DNA of 64,000 nt from Cytophagaceae bacterium (GTDB lineage: Bacteria > Bacteroidota > Bacteroidia > Cytophagales > Cytophagaceae): positions 2,513,409 through 2,577,408 of the forward strand of contig JAXLVA010000001.1 of NCBI GenBank assembly GCA_046329235.1, in the 5' to 3' direction. Below are positions 38,593 through 47,780 of this stretch, piece after piece. The notes beneath the pieces are model-generated. The model made no database searches. It saw nothing but the letters and a program-made list of their open reading frames with translations, and was not told the origin of the DNA. Position numbers and translations under genes: made by a program. The first letter of the stretch is position 1, and each line of letters opens with the position of its first letter.

Positions 38593-41500
38593 TTATTCGA
38601 TGATAATCTTCTTCAAGAACTGAACCTCTTCTAATTGTATTTTCACAAAGTAAATACCCGCTTTAGTCACTTGAGCATTCAGTTTAAGTGCTTGGGAAGA
38701 CATTACTTGTGGTTCTTCTCTTTGGATTACTTGACCGGCTACATCTAAAATTTCAACTGAGATGATTTCTCCGGAAGCATTGTTATTTTCAATATACAAA
38801 TCACCTTTAGATGGGTTTGGATAAATGGTCCATAAACTAGCTTCGATGGCTGCTTTAGATGCAGTAGTAGCACCTACGTTAATTGGTAAGTCAATGGTTG
38901 TTGACTGTCCAAGTGGGTTTGTTTGAACTAAGGTCACATTACCGGAGGCTGTACCAAAATTCACTGTAATTGAATTAGTACCTTGACCGCTTACGATGGT
39001 AGCTCCCGGAGGTACTGACCAAGTATACTGCATGCCAGATCCTGCAGGTACTGTATATGTTACATTCGATTGGTTGGAAGTAACATTCGTAGGACCTGAA
39101 ATAGAAGTAGCAAAAGATGGATTCGGCTGTATGCTCATTGTTAATACTGCAGAGGTAGCAGGATTAGGAGCTGCACATGACATACTCGAATTCATACGCA
39201 CACTTATTTGATCACCATTAGCTAAAGTATTACTTGTATATGTATTATTTGTAGCACCTGAAATAGGTGACCCACCCTTTAACCATTGATAAGCAGGAGT
39301 TGTACCTCCGTTGGTTGGGTTAGCAGTAAAAGTCACATATTGACCCTCGTAAATTGTTCCTGCCGGATTAACCGTAATACTTACAGAAGCTGTTGGGTTA
39401 GCTGTTACCGTTACATTCACATCTGGAGAAGTAGCATTGGTAGTAGATGCACAAGCAGAGTTGGACACCATCACAACACTTACTTTGTCACCATTGCTTA
39501 AGCCAGAAGAGCTAAATGTGCTATTAGTAGCTGCACTCACATTAATATTATTTATTCTCCATTGATAAGTAGGAGCCGTCCCACCATTTCCAGGGACAGC
39601 AGTGAAATTAGCCGTTTGACCTGCGCATATGCTTATGGTACCCGGATTCACTGTAACTGCAGGAGTAACTGAAGTAGTTACTGTCATCGTAATAGCATTG
39701 GAAGTAACAGGAGTAGTAGAAGCACAGTTAGCATTTGAAACCATACGTACTGTAATAGCATCTCCGTTAACTAATCCGGTTGCAGAATAACTTGCATTCG
39801 TAGCCCCTGTTATCGGGTTTGAATTTTTATACCATGCATACGTTGGTGCAGTTCCTCCGTTAGTTGGGGTAGCTGTAAAGGTTACCGTTGAAGAAGCACA
39901 TACTGTAGTTGTTGGAGTAGATATAGTAACACTTGGAGTAACGGTAGCATTTACCGTCATCGTTATTGTATTCGAAGATACAGGTGTAGTGGATGCACAA
40001 GAAGCATTAGAAGTTAACTTCACACTAATTTGAGCACCATTGGTTAATGCTGTAGATGTATAAGTAGCATTGGTTGCGGATGTGATGGCAGTAGTTCCAT
40101 TGTACCACTGATAGGTAGGTGCTGTACCACCGTTTGTTGGAGTTGCAGTGAAGGTAACACTAGTGCCTGCACAAATCGCTCCATTAGGTACGGCTGCGAT
40201 CGTTACACTTGGTGTAACTGAAGCATTCACCGTCATCGTAATTGTATTGGATGATACAGGTGTGGTAGATGCACAAGAAGCATTCGATGTTAAACGTACA
40301 CTAATTTGTGTTCCATTAGTTAATGCACTGGAAGTATAAGTAGCTAAAGTGGCTCCTGTTATAGTTGTTGCTCCTGTGTACCATTGATAAGCAGGAGTCG
40401 TTCCTCCATTGGTTGGTGTTGCGGTGAAGGTTACCGAGGCACCCGCACAGATAGTTGTTGCAGAGGCTGCAATCACTACACTTGGGGTAACGGTTGCATT
40501 TACCGTCATGGTCACCGTATTAGAGGATACCGCAGAAGTAGTAGAAGCACAAGTAGCATTGGATACCATGTTAACTGATATCTGATTTCCGTTGGCTAAT
40601 CCTGTTGATGTATATGTCGCGTTTGTTGCGGATGCAATGGCTGTAGCTCCATTGTACCATTGATACGTTGGTGCAGCACCTCCGTTGGTTGGTGTTGCTG
40701 TGAATGTTACGGATGCACCTGCACAAATAGTTGTTGCAGAGGCTGCAATCACTACACTTGGCGTTACTGATGTTGTTACCGTCATCGTAACTGTGTTTGA
40801 AGTTACGGGTGTTGTAGACGCGCATGAGGCATTCGATACCATTCTTACAGATATCTGATTCCCATTTGCTAATCCGGTAGATGTATAGGTAGCATTTGTT
40901 GCCGATGTAATGGCCGTTGTTCCATTATACCATTGATACGTTGGCGCCGTTCCTCCGCTCGTTGGAGTGGCTGTGAAGGTTACGGAGGTGCCTGCACAAA
41001 TAGTTGTTGCAGAGGCTGCGATGGTTACACTTGGCGTTACTGATGTTGTTACCGACATCGTAACCGTGTTAGAAGTTACGGGTGTTGTAGACGCACATGA
41101 AGCATTCGATACCATTCTTACAGATATCTGATTCCCATTTGCTAATCCTGTTGATGTATATGTAGCGTTTGTGGCAGATGTAATGGCCGTTGCTCCATTA
41201 TACCACTGATAAGCAGGTGTTGCTCCGCCATTCGTTGGAGTGGCAGTGAAGGTTACACTTGTTCCTGCACAAATTGTTCCACTTGGTGATGCTGCAATGG
41301 TTACACTTGGTGTGACTACAGGATTAACGGTCATCGTTAAGTTATTGGAAGAAGCCGTATAAGTAGACGTACAAACTCCTGTTGCAGTTACTTTCACACT
41401 AATCACATCTCCATTAGCCAAGCCAGTAGTTGCATAAGTTGTGGAGGTAGCTCCTGAAATAGCTGTAGCACCATTGTACCACTGATAAGTAGGTGAAGTA

Positions 41501-42006
41501 CCTGCATTGGTTGCTGCTGCAGTAAATGTCACACTAGCTCCTGCACAAACGGTAGTAGTAGAAGTAAAAGCTGTTACCGTAGGCAATGGATTCACTTTAA
41601 TGATTACAATCGTAGAAATTTGATTCCCTGCAATATCTGTAACTTGAATCGTTACGTTAGCTGTTCCTGTTTGGCCTGCTGCCGGTGTATAATTTAGTCT
41701 CCAGTTATTTCCACTTACATTCGTTACAGAAAGATTAGCATTCGGTAATAAAGTAGTATTAGAAGAGGTAACTGTAAATGCAATGTTATCATTCTCCGGA
41801 TCGGACACATTGAAGGTTATAGGTGTTACCGCTTCTCCCAAACAAGTGGTTCTGTTTGCTGGCAAGGTATTCCATACCGGCGGATTATTAATACCATTTA
41901 AATGATCGATGGACGCGGGATTAGCAACAGCCACCAACGTGGACATTACTAACATTACGAACCAAACATTTGCACTTTTAATTAAGGAAAGCAGAGCTAC
42001 TCTCAT
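38593..42006 (-). CDS. T9SS-secreted surface protein with 9 tandem Ig-like (YQWY) repeats; no catalytic domain recognised
   Basis: 1137 aa. The order is a signal peptide, an N-terminal ~100-aa Ig/cadherin-like module, 9 repeats of ~91 aa, a PKD-like module (YTWSVPPGATIVSGQGTNSITV) and a CTD (WTIYPNPSKGDLYIEN ... GIYFVKIQ). Confidence 0.75.
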   Translation of the reverse strand: MRVALLSLIKSANVWFVMLVMSTLVAVANPASIDHLNGINNPPVWNTLPANRTTCLGEAVTPITFNVSDPENDNIAFTVTSSNTTLLPNANLSVTNVSGNNWRLNYTPAAGQTGTANVTIQVTDIAGNQISTIVIIKVNPLPTVTAFTSTTTVCAGASVTFTAAATNAGTSPTYQWYNGATAISGATSTTYATTGLANGDVISVKVTATGVCTSTYTASSNNLTMTVNPVVTPSVTIAASPSGTICAGTSVTFTATPTNGGATPAYQWYNGATAITSATNATYTSTGLANGNQISVRMVSNASCASTTPVTSNTVTMSVTTSVTPSVTIAASATTICAGTSVTFTATPTSGGTAPTYQWYNGTTAITSATNATYTSTGLANGNQISVRMVSNASCASTTPVTSNTVTMTVTTSVTPSVVIAASATTICAGASVTFTATPTNGGAAPTYQWYNGATAIASATNATYTSTGLANGNQISVNMVSNATCASTTSAVSSNTVTMTVNATVTPSVVIAASATTICAGASVTFTATPTNGGTTPAYQWYTGATTITGATLATYTSSALTNGTQISVRLTSNASCASTTPVSSNTITMTVNASVTPSVTIAAVPNGAICAGTSVTFTATPTNGGTAPTYQWYNGTTAITSATNATYTSTALTNGAQISVKLTSNASCASTTPVSSNTITMTVNATVTPSVTISTPTTTVCASSTVTFTATPTNGGTAPTYAWYKNSNPITGATNASYSATGLVNGDAITVRMVSNANCASTTPVTSNAITMTVTTSVTPAVTVNPGTISICAGQTANFTAVPGNGGTAPTYQWRINNINVSAATNSTFSSSGLSNGDKVSVVMVSNSACASTTNATSPDVNVTVTANPTASVSITVNPAGTIYEGQYVTFTANPTNGGTTPAYQWLKGGSPISGATNNTYTSNTLANGDQISVRMNSSMSCAAPNPATSAVLTMSIQPNPSFATSISGPTNVTSNQSNVTYTVPAGSGMQYTWSVPPGATIVSGQGTNSITVNFGTASGNVTLVQTNPLGQSTTIDLPINVGATTASKAAIEASLWTIYPNPSKGDLYIENNNASGEIISVEILDVAGQVIQREEPQVMSSQALKLNAQVTKAGIYFVKIQLEEVQFLKKIIIE
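39133..41595. repeat. array of 9 diverged ~273-276-bp coding repeats
   Basis: The repeat unit is V.PSV.IAAS..TICAG.SVTFTATPTNGG..P.YQWYNG..AI..AT.ATY.S.GL.NG.QISVR..SNASCAST. Boundaries were derived from the translation frame. Confidence 0.85.
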
Positions 42007-42180
42007 ATTTTTTCAGAAATGTGTACTACGGGATTATAAATTTAATATTATTTTTTCTTTAAATTGTTTAAAGAAGAGATTTAATTGTCATTTTTTCAAA
42101 TTTTTGAATCTATCGAATTCATTCCTAAGGTTTAGCTATATCCTTAAAACCATTTGTGAAGTAAAAAGTAACCTTTAAAT

Positions 42181-42212
42181 GCAAAAAGAGCGATTTTAGT
42201 CACTCTTTTTGC
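42181..42212 (-). terminator. terminator-like hairpin downstream of the GH8 gene
   Basis: gcaaaaagag / ctctttttgc form 10-bp arms with a 12-nt loop. The T tail is weak. Confidence 0.5.
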
Positions 42213-42231
42213 ATTTAGGGAAGTATGTTTG

Positions 42232-45200
42232 TTATTGTTTAACTACGGTAATTACCTGATGTTTATCGGCAATAGTTATCATCATTAGGTATACTCCGGA
42301 TGCTACCGGTAAATGGATTTCTACACCGTTATCTAGGTAATCCACTTGACCTTCTGCTACCTTAACTCCTTTGGCATCAATCAATACATATTGAATTGAT
42401 TCGATAGAACCGGCACCTTTGTTTTTCAAGGTTACTACTCCTTCTGTAGGATTTGGATAAAGAGACACTAAACCATTCTCCGATTCCGGACGCACAGATG
42501 TAGCCGTACTTACCGTGATGGTTTTAGAAATAGAATTGGACTGATTGGCCTGATTGGTTTCTGTTACAGTCACACTACCACTTGTACTAGAGCCGAAATC
42601 AACTACGATGGATGAAGTTCCTTGACCACTCACGATAGTAGCTCCCGGAGGTACTGTCCAAGTATACGTCATTCCACTTTGGTCAGGAACACTGTAGGTA
42701 ACACTATTTTGACCCGATGTAACTGTAGCCGGTCCTGTCATAGAAGTACTAAATCCTGCCGGTGTTGAAACTGTCACCGTTAAAGAAGAAGCTGCTCCGT
42801 TTCCACAGTTTCCTACCGGTGTAACGGATACCGTACCATTTGTAGCAGTAGAGCTTACCGATACCGTGATGGTTCTAGTTCCTGCTCCGGAAGTAATAGT
42901 AAATCCGGTTGGTAGTGTCCAGTTATAACTAGTAGCACCACTTACTGCGGCAATGCTAAACTGAATTCCAGTTGAGGTTTTATAAATATTGGAAGAACCG
43001 GTGATAGATCCGGCTGCTCCGGTAGAGGCATTCACTGTCATCGTTACTGTGTTAGAGGTAACTGCTGACGAGGTAGATCTACAAGAAGCATTGGATACCA
43101 TTCTTACGGAAATCTGGTTTCCGTTTGCTAGACCTGTAGTAGTGTAAGTAGAGGAAGTAGCATTTGTAATTGCTGTCGTTCCATTGTACCATTGGTACGT
43201 TGGTGCAGCTCCACCATTCGTTGGAGTTGCTGTAAATGTTACCGATGAACCGGAACAAATAGTAGAAGAAGAGGTCGCAATCGACACACTTGGAGTCACC
43301 GAACTTGTCACCGTCATTGTTACTGTATTGGATGATACGGCAGAAGAAGTAGATCTACACGTAGCATTGGATACCATTCTTACGGAAATCTGGTTTCCAT
43401 TCGCTAAACCAGTAGTAGTGTAAGTAGAGGAAGTAGCATTTGTAATTGCTGTCGTTCCATTGTACCATTGGTAGGTTGGCGCAGCTCCCCCATTGGTTGG
43501 AGTGGCTGTGAACGTTACCGATGAACCAGTACAGATGGTAGTAGCAGAAGCTGCGATAGCCACACTTGGTGTTACCGTTGCATTTACAGTCATGGTTACT
43601 GTATTAGAGGATACCGCTGAGGTAGTAGATGCACAACTTGCATTCGATACCATTCTTACGGAAATCTGGTTTCCGTTCGCTAGACCTGTAGTAGTGTAAG
43701 TAGAGGAAGTAGCACTCGTAATTGCCGTTGTTCCATTGTACCATTGGTAGGTTGGTGCAGCTCCACCATTGGTTGGAGTTGCAGTGAACGTTACCGATGA
43801 ACCAGTACAGATGGTAGTAGCAGAAGCTGCGATAGCCACACTTGGTGTTACCGTTGCATTTACAGTCATGGTTACTGTATTAGAGGATACCGCTGAGGTA
43901 GTAGATGCACAACTTGCATTCGATACCATTCTTACGGAAATCTGGTTTCCGTTCGCTAGACCTGTAGTAGTGTAAGTAGAGGAAGTAGCACTCGTAATTG
44001 CCGTTGTTCCATTGTACCATTGGTAGGTTGGTGCAGCTCCACCATTGGTTGGAGTTGCAGTGAACGTTACCGATGAACCAGTACAGATGGTAGTAGCAGA
44101 AGCTGCGATAGCCACACTTGGTGTTACCGTTGCGGTCACTGTCATCGTCACTGTATTAGAAGTAACCGCTGAAGTAGTAGATGCACAAGCGGCATTCGAT
44201 ACCATTCTCACAGAAATCTGGTTTCCGTTCGCTAGACCTGTAGTAGTGTAAGTAGAGGAAGTAGCATTCGTAATTGCTGTTGTTCCATTGTACCATTGAT
44301 AGGTTGGTGCTCCGCCATTTGTTGGTGTTGCTGTAAACGTTACAGATGTACCTGTACAAATTGTAGTTGATGAAGCTGCAATAGCTACACTCGGTGTAAC
44401 GGAACTTGTTACTGTCATCGTCACTGTATTAGAAGTAACTGCTGAAGTAGTCGATGCACAAGCTGCATTCGATACCATTCTCACGGAAATCTGATTTCCG
44501 TTTGTCAAACCTGTTGTAGTATAAGTAGAGGACGTAGCTCCTGAAACCGCATTTGCCCCATTGTACCATTGATACGTTGGCGCTGCTCCGCCATTTGTTG
44601 GTGTTGCTGTAAACGTTACAGATGTACCTGTACAAATTGTAGTTGATGAAGCTGCAATAGCTACACTCGGTGTAACGGAACTTGTTACTGTCATCGTCAC
44701 TGTATTAGAAGTAACTGCTGAAGTAGTCGATGCACAAGCTGCATTCGATACCATTCTCACGGAAATCTGATTTCCGTTTGTCAAACCTGTTGTAGTATAA
44801 GTAGAGGATGTAGCTCCTGAAACCGCATTTGCCCCATTGTACCATTGATACGTTGGCGCTGTTCCCCCATTTGTTGGTGTCGCTGTAAACGTGACCGATG
44901 AACCAGTACAGATGGTAGTAGCAGAAGCTGCGATAGCCACACTTGGTGTTACCGTTGCATTTACAGTCATGGTCACTGTATTAGAAGTAACCGCTGAAGT
45001 AGTAGATGCACAAGCGGCATTCGATACCATTCTCACAGAAATCTGGTTTCCGTTCGCTAGACCTGTAGTAGTGTAAGTAGAGGAAGTAGCATTCGTAATT
45101 GCTGTTGTTCCATTGTACCATTGATAAGTTGGCGTTCCACCATTGGTTGGAGTCGCTGTGAAAGTCACGGACGCTCCAGCACAAATCGTAGTAGCAGAAG

Positions 45201-47589
45201 CAGCGATTGCCACGCTTGGCGTTACCGTTGCATTTGCCGTAACTGTAAAGTTAGCAGCAGTACCATTACCGCAAGTATTCGTAGGAGTAACCGAGATTGT
45301 TCCTGAAGCAGCCGTACTGTTAGTACTAACTGTAATAGCATTCGTATTAGAACCTGCTGTGATAGTAAATCCGGAAGGTAATGTCCAGTTATATCCTGTT
45401 GCTCCACTCACCGAAGAGATAGAGTAGGTAATACCTGTAGCACTACGACACACACTTGCGCTTCCAGTAATAGTTCCTGCCGCACCCGGAGTTGTACATG
45501 ACAACCCAACTAATTTAGCAGTACCCATATAAGATGGATTTTGCCAAGTATCATCTACGGTAGCATTCCATGCTAGTTTATGATCTCTATTTCCTCCGTC
45601 ATCATCGTCATTTACTTCCACTTCAAAACCAACTAATTGGTTCACCGCAGGAGTACCGGATAATGTTGACCATGGAATTCTAGCTTCTAACACATATCCA
45701 CCTGTTTTTGCTACCATGGAAAATGTTATTCCTGTAGTTGGGCGACTATTGTTCGCTGTTACCGTTGCATCATTCCAACGGAAAGTATATTGAACATCAT
45801 TAGTACCATACGTAGTTCCTTTACTGTTTCCGATATCAAAGAATACTTCTACGGCATCATCATTATAAACATCAGTACCACTGTTGTTAACCAATGTATT
45901 ATCATTCACATCTACTAACACGTACACATAGGTGTTATCCCATAATGCTTTATAGCTAGCTGATAAATCCGAAGAAGAAGACGGTGCTGTTCCATTAATC
46001 AATTTAGTGATGGAAGCTGAATTGTTCTGAGACCAAAGGGCGTCAATAGTACCGTCAATGGTTGGTGCTGTTCCTGTTTGGTTAATGGCTTTATAAATAG
46101 TCATTACCGTAGCAGCTGTAGTAGCAACATCGCTATTTGAATTAGTTGCTGTTGCTGTAACACTAACACTACCAGTAGTGTTAGCTGTCCAAGAAATGGA
46201 GTAAGGAGAAGAGTTATCTGTTCCTACTAAAGTTCCATTCACATAGAAATCTACTTTAGAGATAGAACCGGTAGTTGCTGTTGCATTAGCGCTAATAGTA
46301 ATCACATCACCTTCCGTAGCTGTTAGAGTTGTTGGTGCTGTAAGTGTTATAGAAGTAGAAGCAGGAGTTACAGAAGTACCATAAGGATTCCAGAAGTTAC
46401 CTGACTGAACAAACAAACCAATCATTTGTAAAATCTTAGTGAAGTAACCTGTTGCTAAAGCGTCATTTTTATTTTCTGTATAAAGAGCGTTACAGAAGTT
46501 TTGATTGGCTGTTGTACTAGATGTTGAAAGAGAAAGAGCACCAATTGGACCTACGAATGCAGCATTATGATCTCCGTTACCGGAGCCATCCCAGTTGATA
46601 CCATCTCCACCTTGTACAGAACCTGCACCACCTCTGTTAATCCAGTATGCAGCTTGTCTGTTTGTGATGGTTTGCATAGCCGAAGGACCAAACCAAATAT
46701 AATCTACGGATTGTCTCCAAGGAGCTCTACATGCATCATAACCAAATTTATCCGGAGCGGTACCCGAACCACTACAAGAAGAATTAGGAACACCGGTAGG
46801 TAAACACCAGTTAGTAGCTAATCCCGAAGAAGAGTGTGCGTTGTTCGTGAATAAGGCTTCTGTTTTAGTAATTACATTATCCCAGAAAGCATTGTTCGCT
46901 TGACCATTTTCTGCCATGAAAAGTTTAAAAACACGAGCGTAACCCGGAGCTTGGTAAGAAGGATTTCTACATGAAGGCTTCCAAGCATCTCCGTTTTCGA
47001 AAGTGTAATCAGAAGCGTTGGTTTCAAAATTTTTGATAGCGTTGATTAAAGCAACGGCATCTGTTTTATAGTTATGAGGAGAAGTAGTATTTGGCCATTG
47101 TTTACTAGCAACTACTAAAGCCATCGCCGCATCTAATTCAGCATCGGTAGCACCATTTTGGCCAACAACGGAATTACATCCACTTATTTTCCAGTGCATG
47201 ACACCGTTACCATTTCTAAAGTTTTTATAATAAGCCCAAAGTCTGTTAAATAAATCTTGATCAGCTGCATAGGCAGCTAATAGCATACCATACCCAATAC
47301 CCTCTGACACCGTCTGTGATTGATCATCAAACTTCACACGGGCCATATTAGATCCGCAATTTTCTACATAGGCTGATTTCCAAGCGTTGTATTTGGCAGC
47401 AACCTCCGTCCCTTTACCATATGTTCCACTGGCAGGTAAATTGGTAGGCATAATACCGTAAGCATACGACGAATTTGATCCAAAAGGAACCGCCGCCGTC
47501 GATGGAGTGTTAATTTGAGCTTTTGCTGTTAGTGCCGTCCACACTACCAATGCAATTACAACGAAGAATAGAAATCTTTTCATGAGCAT
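42232..47589 (-). CDS. glycoside hydrolase family 8 enzyme with CBM9-like module, 8 Ig-like repeats and T9SS type A CTD
   Basis: 1785 aa. GH8 blocks are QTVSEGIGYGMLLA and GATDAELDAAMALVVA. The CBM9-like block reads DGTIDALW ... YKALWDNTYVYVLVDVND ... DDAVEVFFD ... GYVLEARIPW ... GFEVEVND. Two PKD-like modules, 8 x ~92-aa YQWY repeats and the CTD LVSLYPNPTEGVVTLKN ... GVYLMMITI complete it. Confidence 0.88.
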   Translation of the reverse strand: MLMKRFLFFVVIALVVWTALTAKAQINTPSTAAVPFGSNSSYAYGIMPTNLPASGTYGKGTEVAAKYNAWKSAYVENCGSNMARVKFDDQSQTVSEGIGYGMLLAAYAADQDLFNRLWAYYKNFRNGNGVMHWKISGCNSVVGQNGATDAELDAAMALVVASKQWPNTTSPHNYKTDAVALINAIKNFETNASDYTFENGDAWKPSCRNPSYQAPGYARVFKLFMAENGQANNAFWDNVITKTEALFTNNAHSSSGLATNWCLPTGVPNSSCSGSGTAPDKFGYDACRAPWRQSVDYIWFGPSAMQTITNRQAAYWINRGGAGSVQGGDGINWDGSGNGDHNAAFVGPIGALSLSTSSTTANQNFCNALYTENKNDALATGYFTKILQMIGLFVQSGNFWNPYGTSVTPASTSITLTAPTTLTATEGDVITISANATATTGSISKVDFYVNGTLVGTDNSSPYSISWTANTTGSVSVTATATNSNSDVATTAATVMTIYKAINQTGTAPTIDGTIDALWSQNNSASITKLINGTAPSSSSDLSASYKALWDNTYVYVLVDVNDNTLVNNSGTDVYNDDAVEVFFDIGNSKGTTYGTNDVQYTFRWNDATVTANNSRPTTGITFSMVAKTGGYVLEARIPWSTLSGTPAVNQLVGFEVEVNDDDDGGNRDHKLAWNATVDDTWQNPSYMGTAKLVGLSCTTPGAAGTITGSASVCRSATGITYSISSVSGATGYNWTLPSGFTITAGSNTNAITVSTNSTAASGTISVTPTNTCGNGTAANFTVTANATVTPSVAIAASATTICAGASVTFTATPTNGGTPTYQWYNGTTAITNATSSTYTTTGLANGNQISVRMVSNAACASTTSAVTSNTVTMTVNATVTPSVAIAASATTICTGSSVTFTATPTNGGTAPTYQWYNGANAVSGATSSTYTTTGLTNGNQISVRMVSNAACASTTSAVTSNTVTMTVTSSVTPSVAIAASSTTICTGTSVTFTATPTNGGAAPTYQWYNGANAVSGATSSTYTTTGLTNGNQISVRMVSNAACASTTSAVTSNTVTMTVTSSVTPSVAIAASSTTICTGTSVTFTATPTNGGAPTYQWYNGTTAITNATSSTYTTTGLANGNQISVRMVSNAACASTTSAVTSNTVTMTVTATVTPSVAIAASATTICTGSSVTFTATPTNGGAAPTYQWYNGTTAITSATSSTYTTTGLANGNQISVRMVSNASCASTTSAVSSNTVTMTVNATVTPSVAIAASATTICTGSSVTFTATPTNGGAAPTYQWYNGTTAITSATSSTYTTTGLANGNQISVRMVSNASCASTTSAVSSNTVTMTVNATVTPSVAIAASATTICTGSSVTFTATPTNGGAAPTYQWYNGTTAITNATSSTYTTTGLANGNQISVRMVSNATCRSTSSAVSSNTVTMTVTSSVTPSVSIATSSSTICSGSSVTFTATPTNGGAAPTYQWYNGTTAITNATSSTYTTTGLANGNQISVRMVSNASCRSTSSAVTSNTVTMTVNASTGAAGSITGSSNIYKTSTGIQFSIAAVSGATSYNWTLPTGFTITSGAGTRTITVSVSSTATNGTVSVTPVGNCGNGAASSLTVTVSTPAGFSTSMTGPATVTSGQNSVTYSVPDQSGMTYTWTVPPGATIVSGQGTSSIVVDFGSSTSGSVTVTETNQANQSNSISKTITVSTATSVRPESENGLVSLYPNPTEGVVTLKNKGAGSIESIQYVLIDAKGVKVAEGQVDYLDNGVEIHLPVASGVYLMMITIADKHQVITVVKQ
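43033..45234. repeat. array of 8 near-identical 273-276-bp coding tandem repeats
   Basis: Units are 91-92 aa long. Adjacent units (for example 43.50-43.75 kb vs 43.78-44.03 kb) are identical over more than 200 nt. The antisense ORFs 43493..43699 and 43769..43975 in the track have identical translations. Confidence 0.95.
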
Positions 47590-47780
47590 TAAATCATACT
47601 TTAATAGTACTAAACTAATACATTTTATACCTTTTTATAGGTAGATGTAAGTTATGTTTAAGTTATTATGGTTTTTATCCTATAAAAATAGGGGTAATAT
47701 TCAGCCTAAAAAGACCCTATTTAAACAAATAAAAAAAATAGGATTTTATTATAAACTACTGATATTAAGACTATAGTATA

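Noticed and set aside
38996-45427. Many 61-94-aa ORFs on both strands inside the Ig-like repeat arrays
   Set aside because: They recur with the 276-bp period of the coding repeats and are alternate-frame or antisense artefacts of Thr/Ser/Ala/Val-rich coding sequence.
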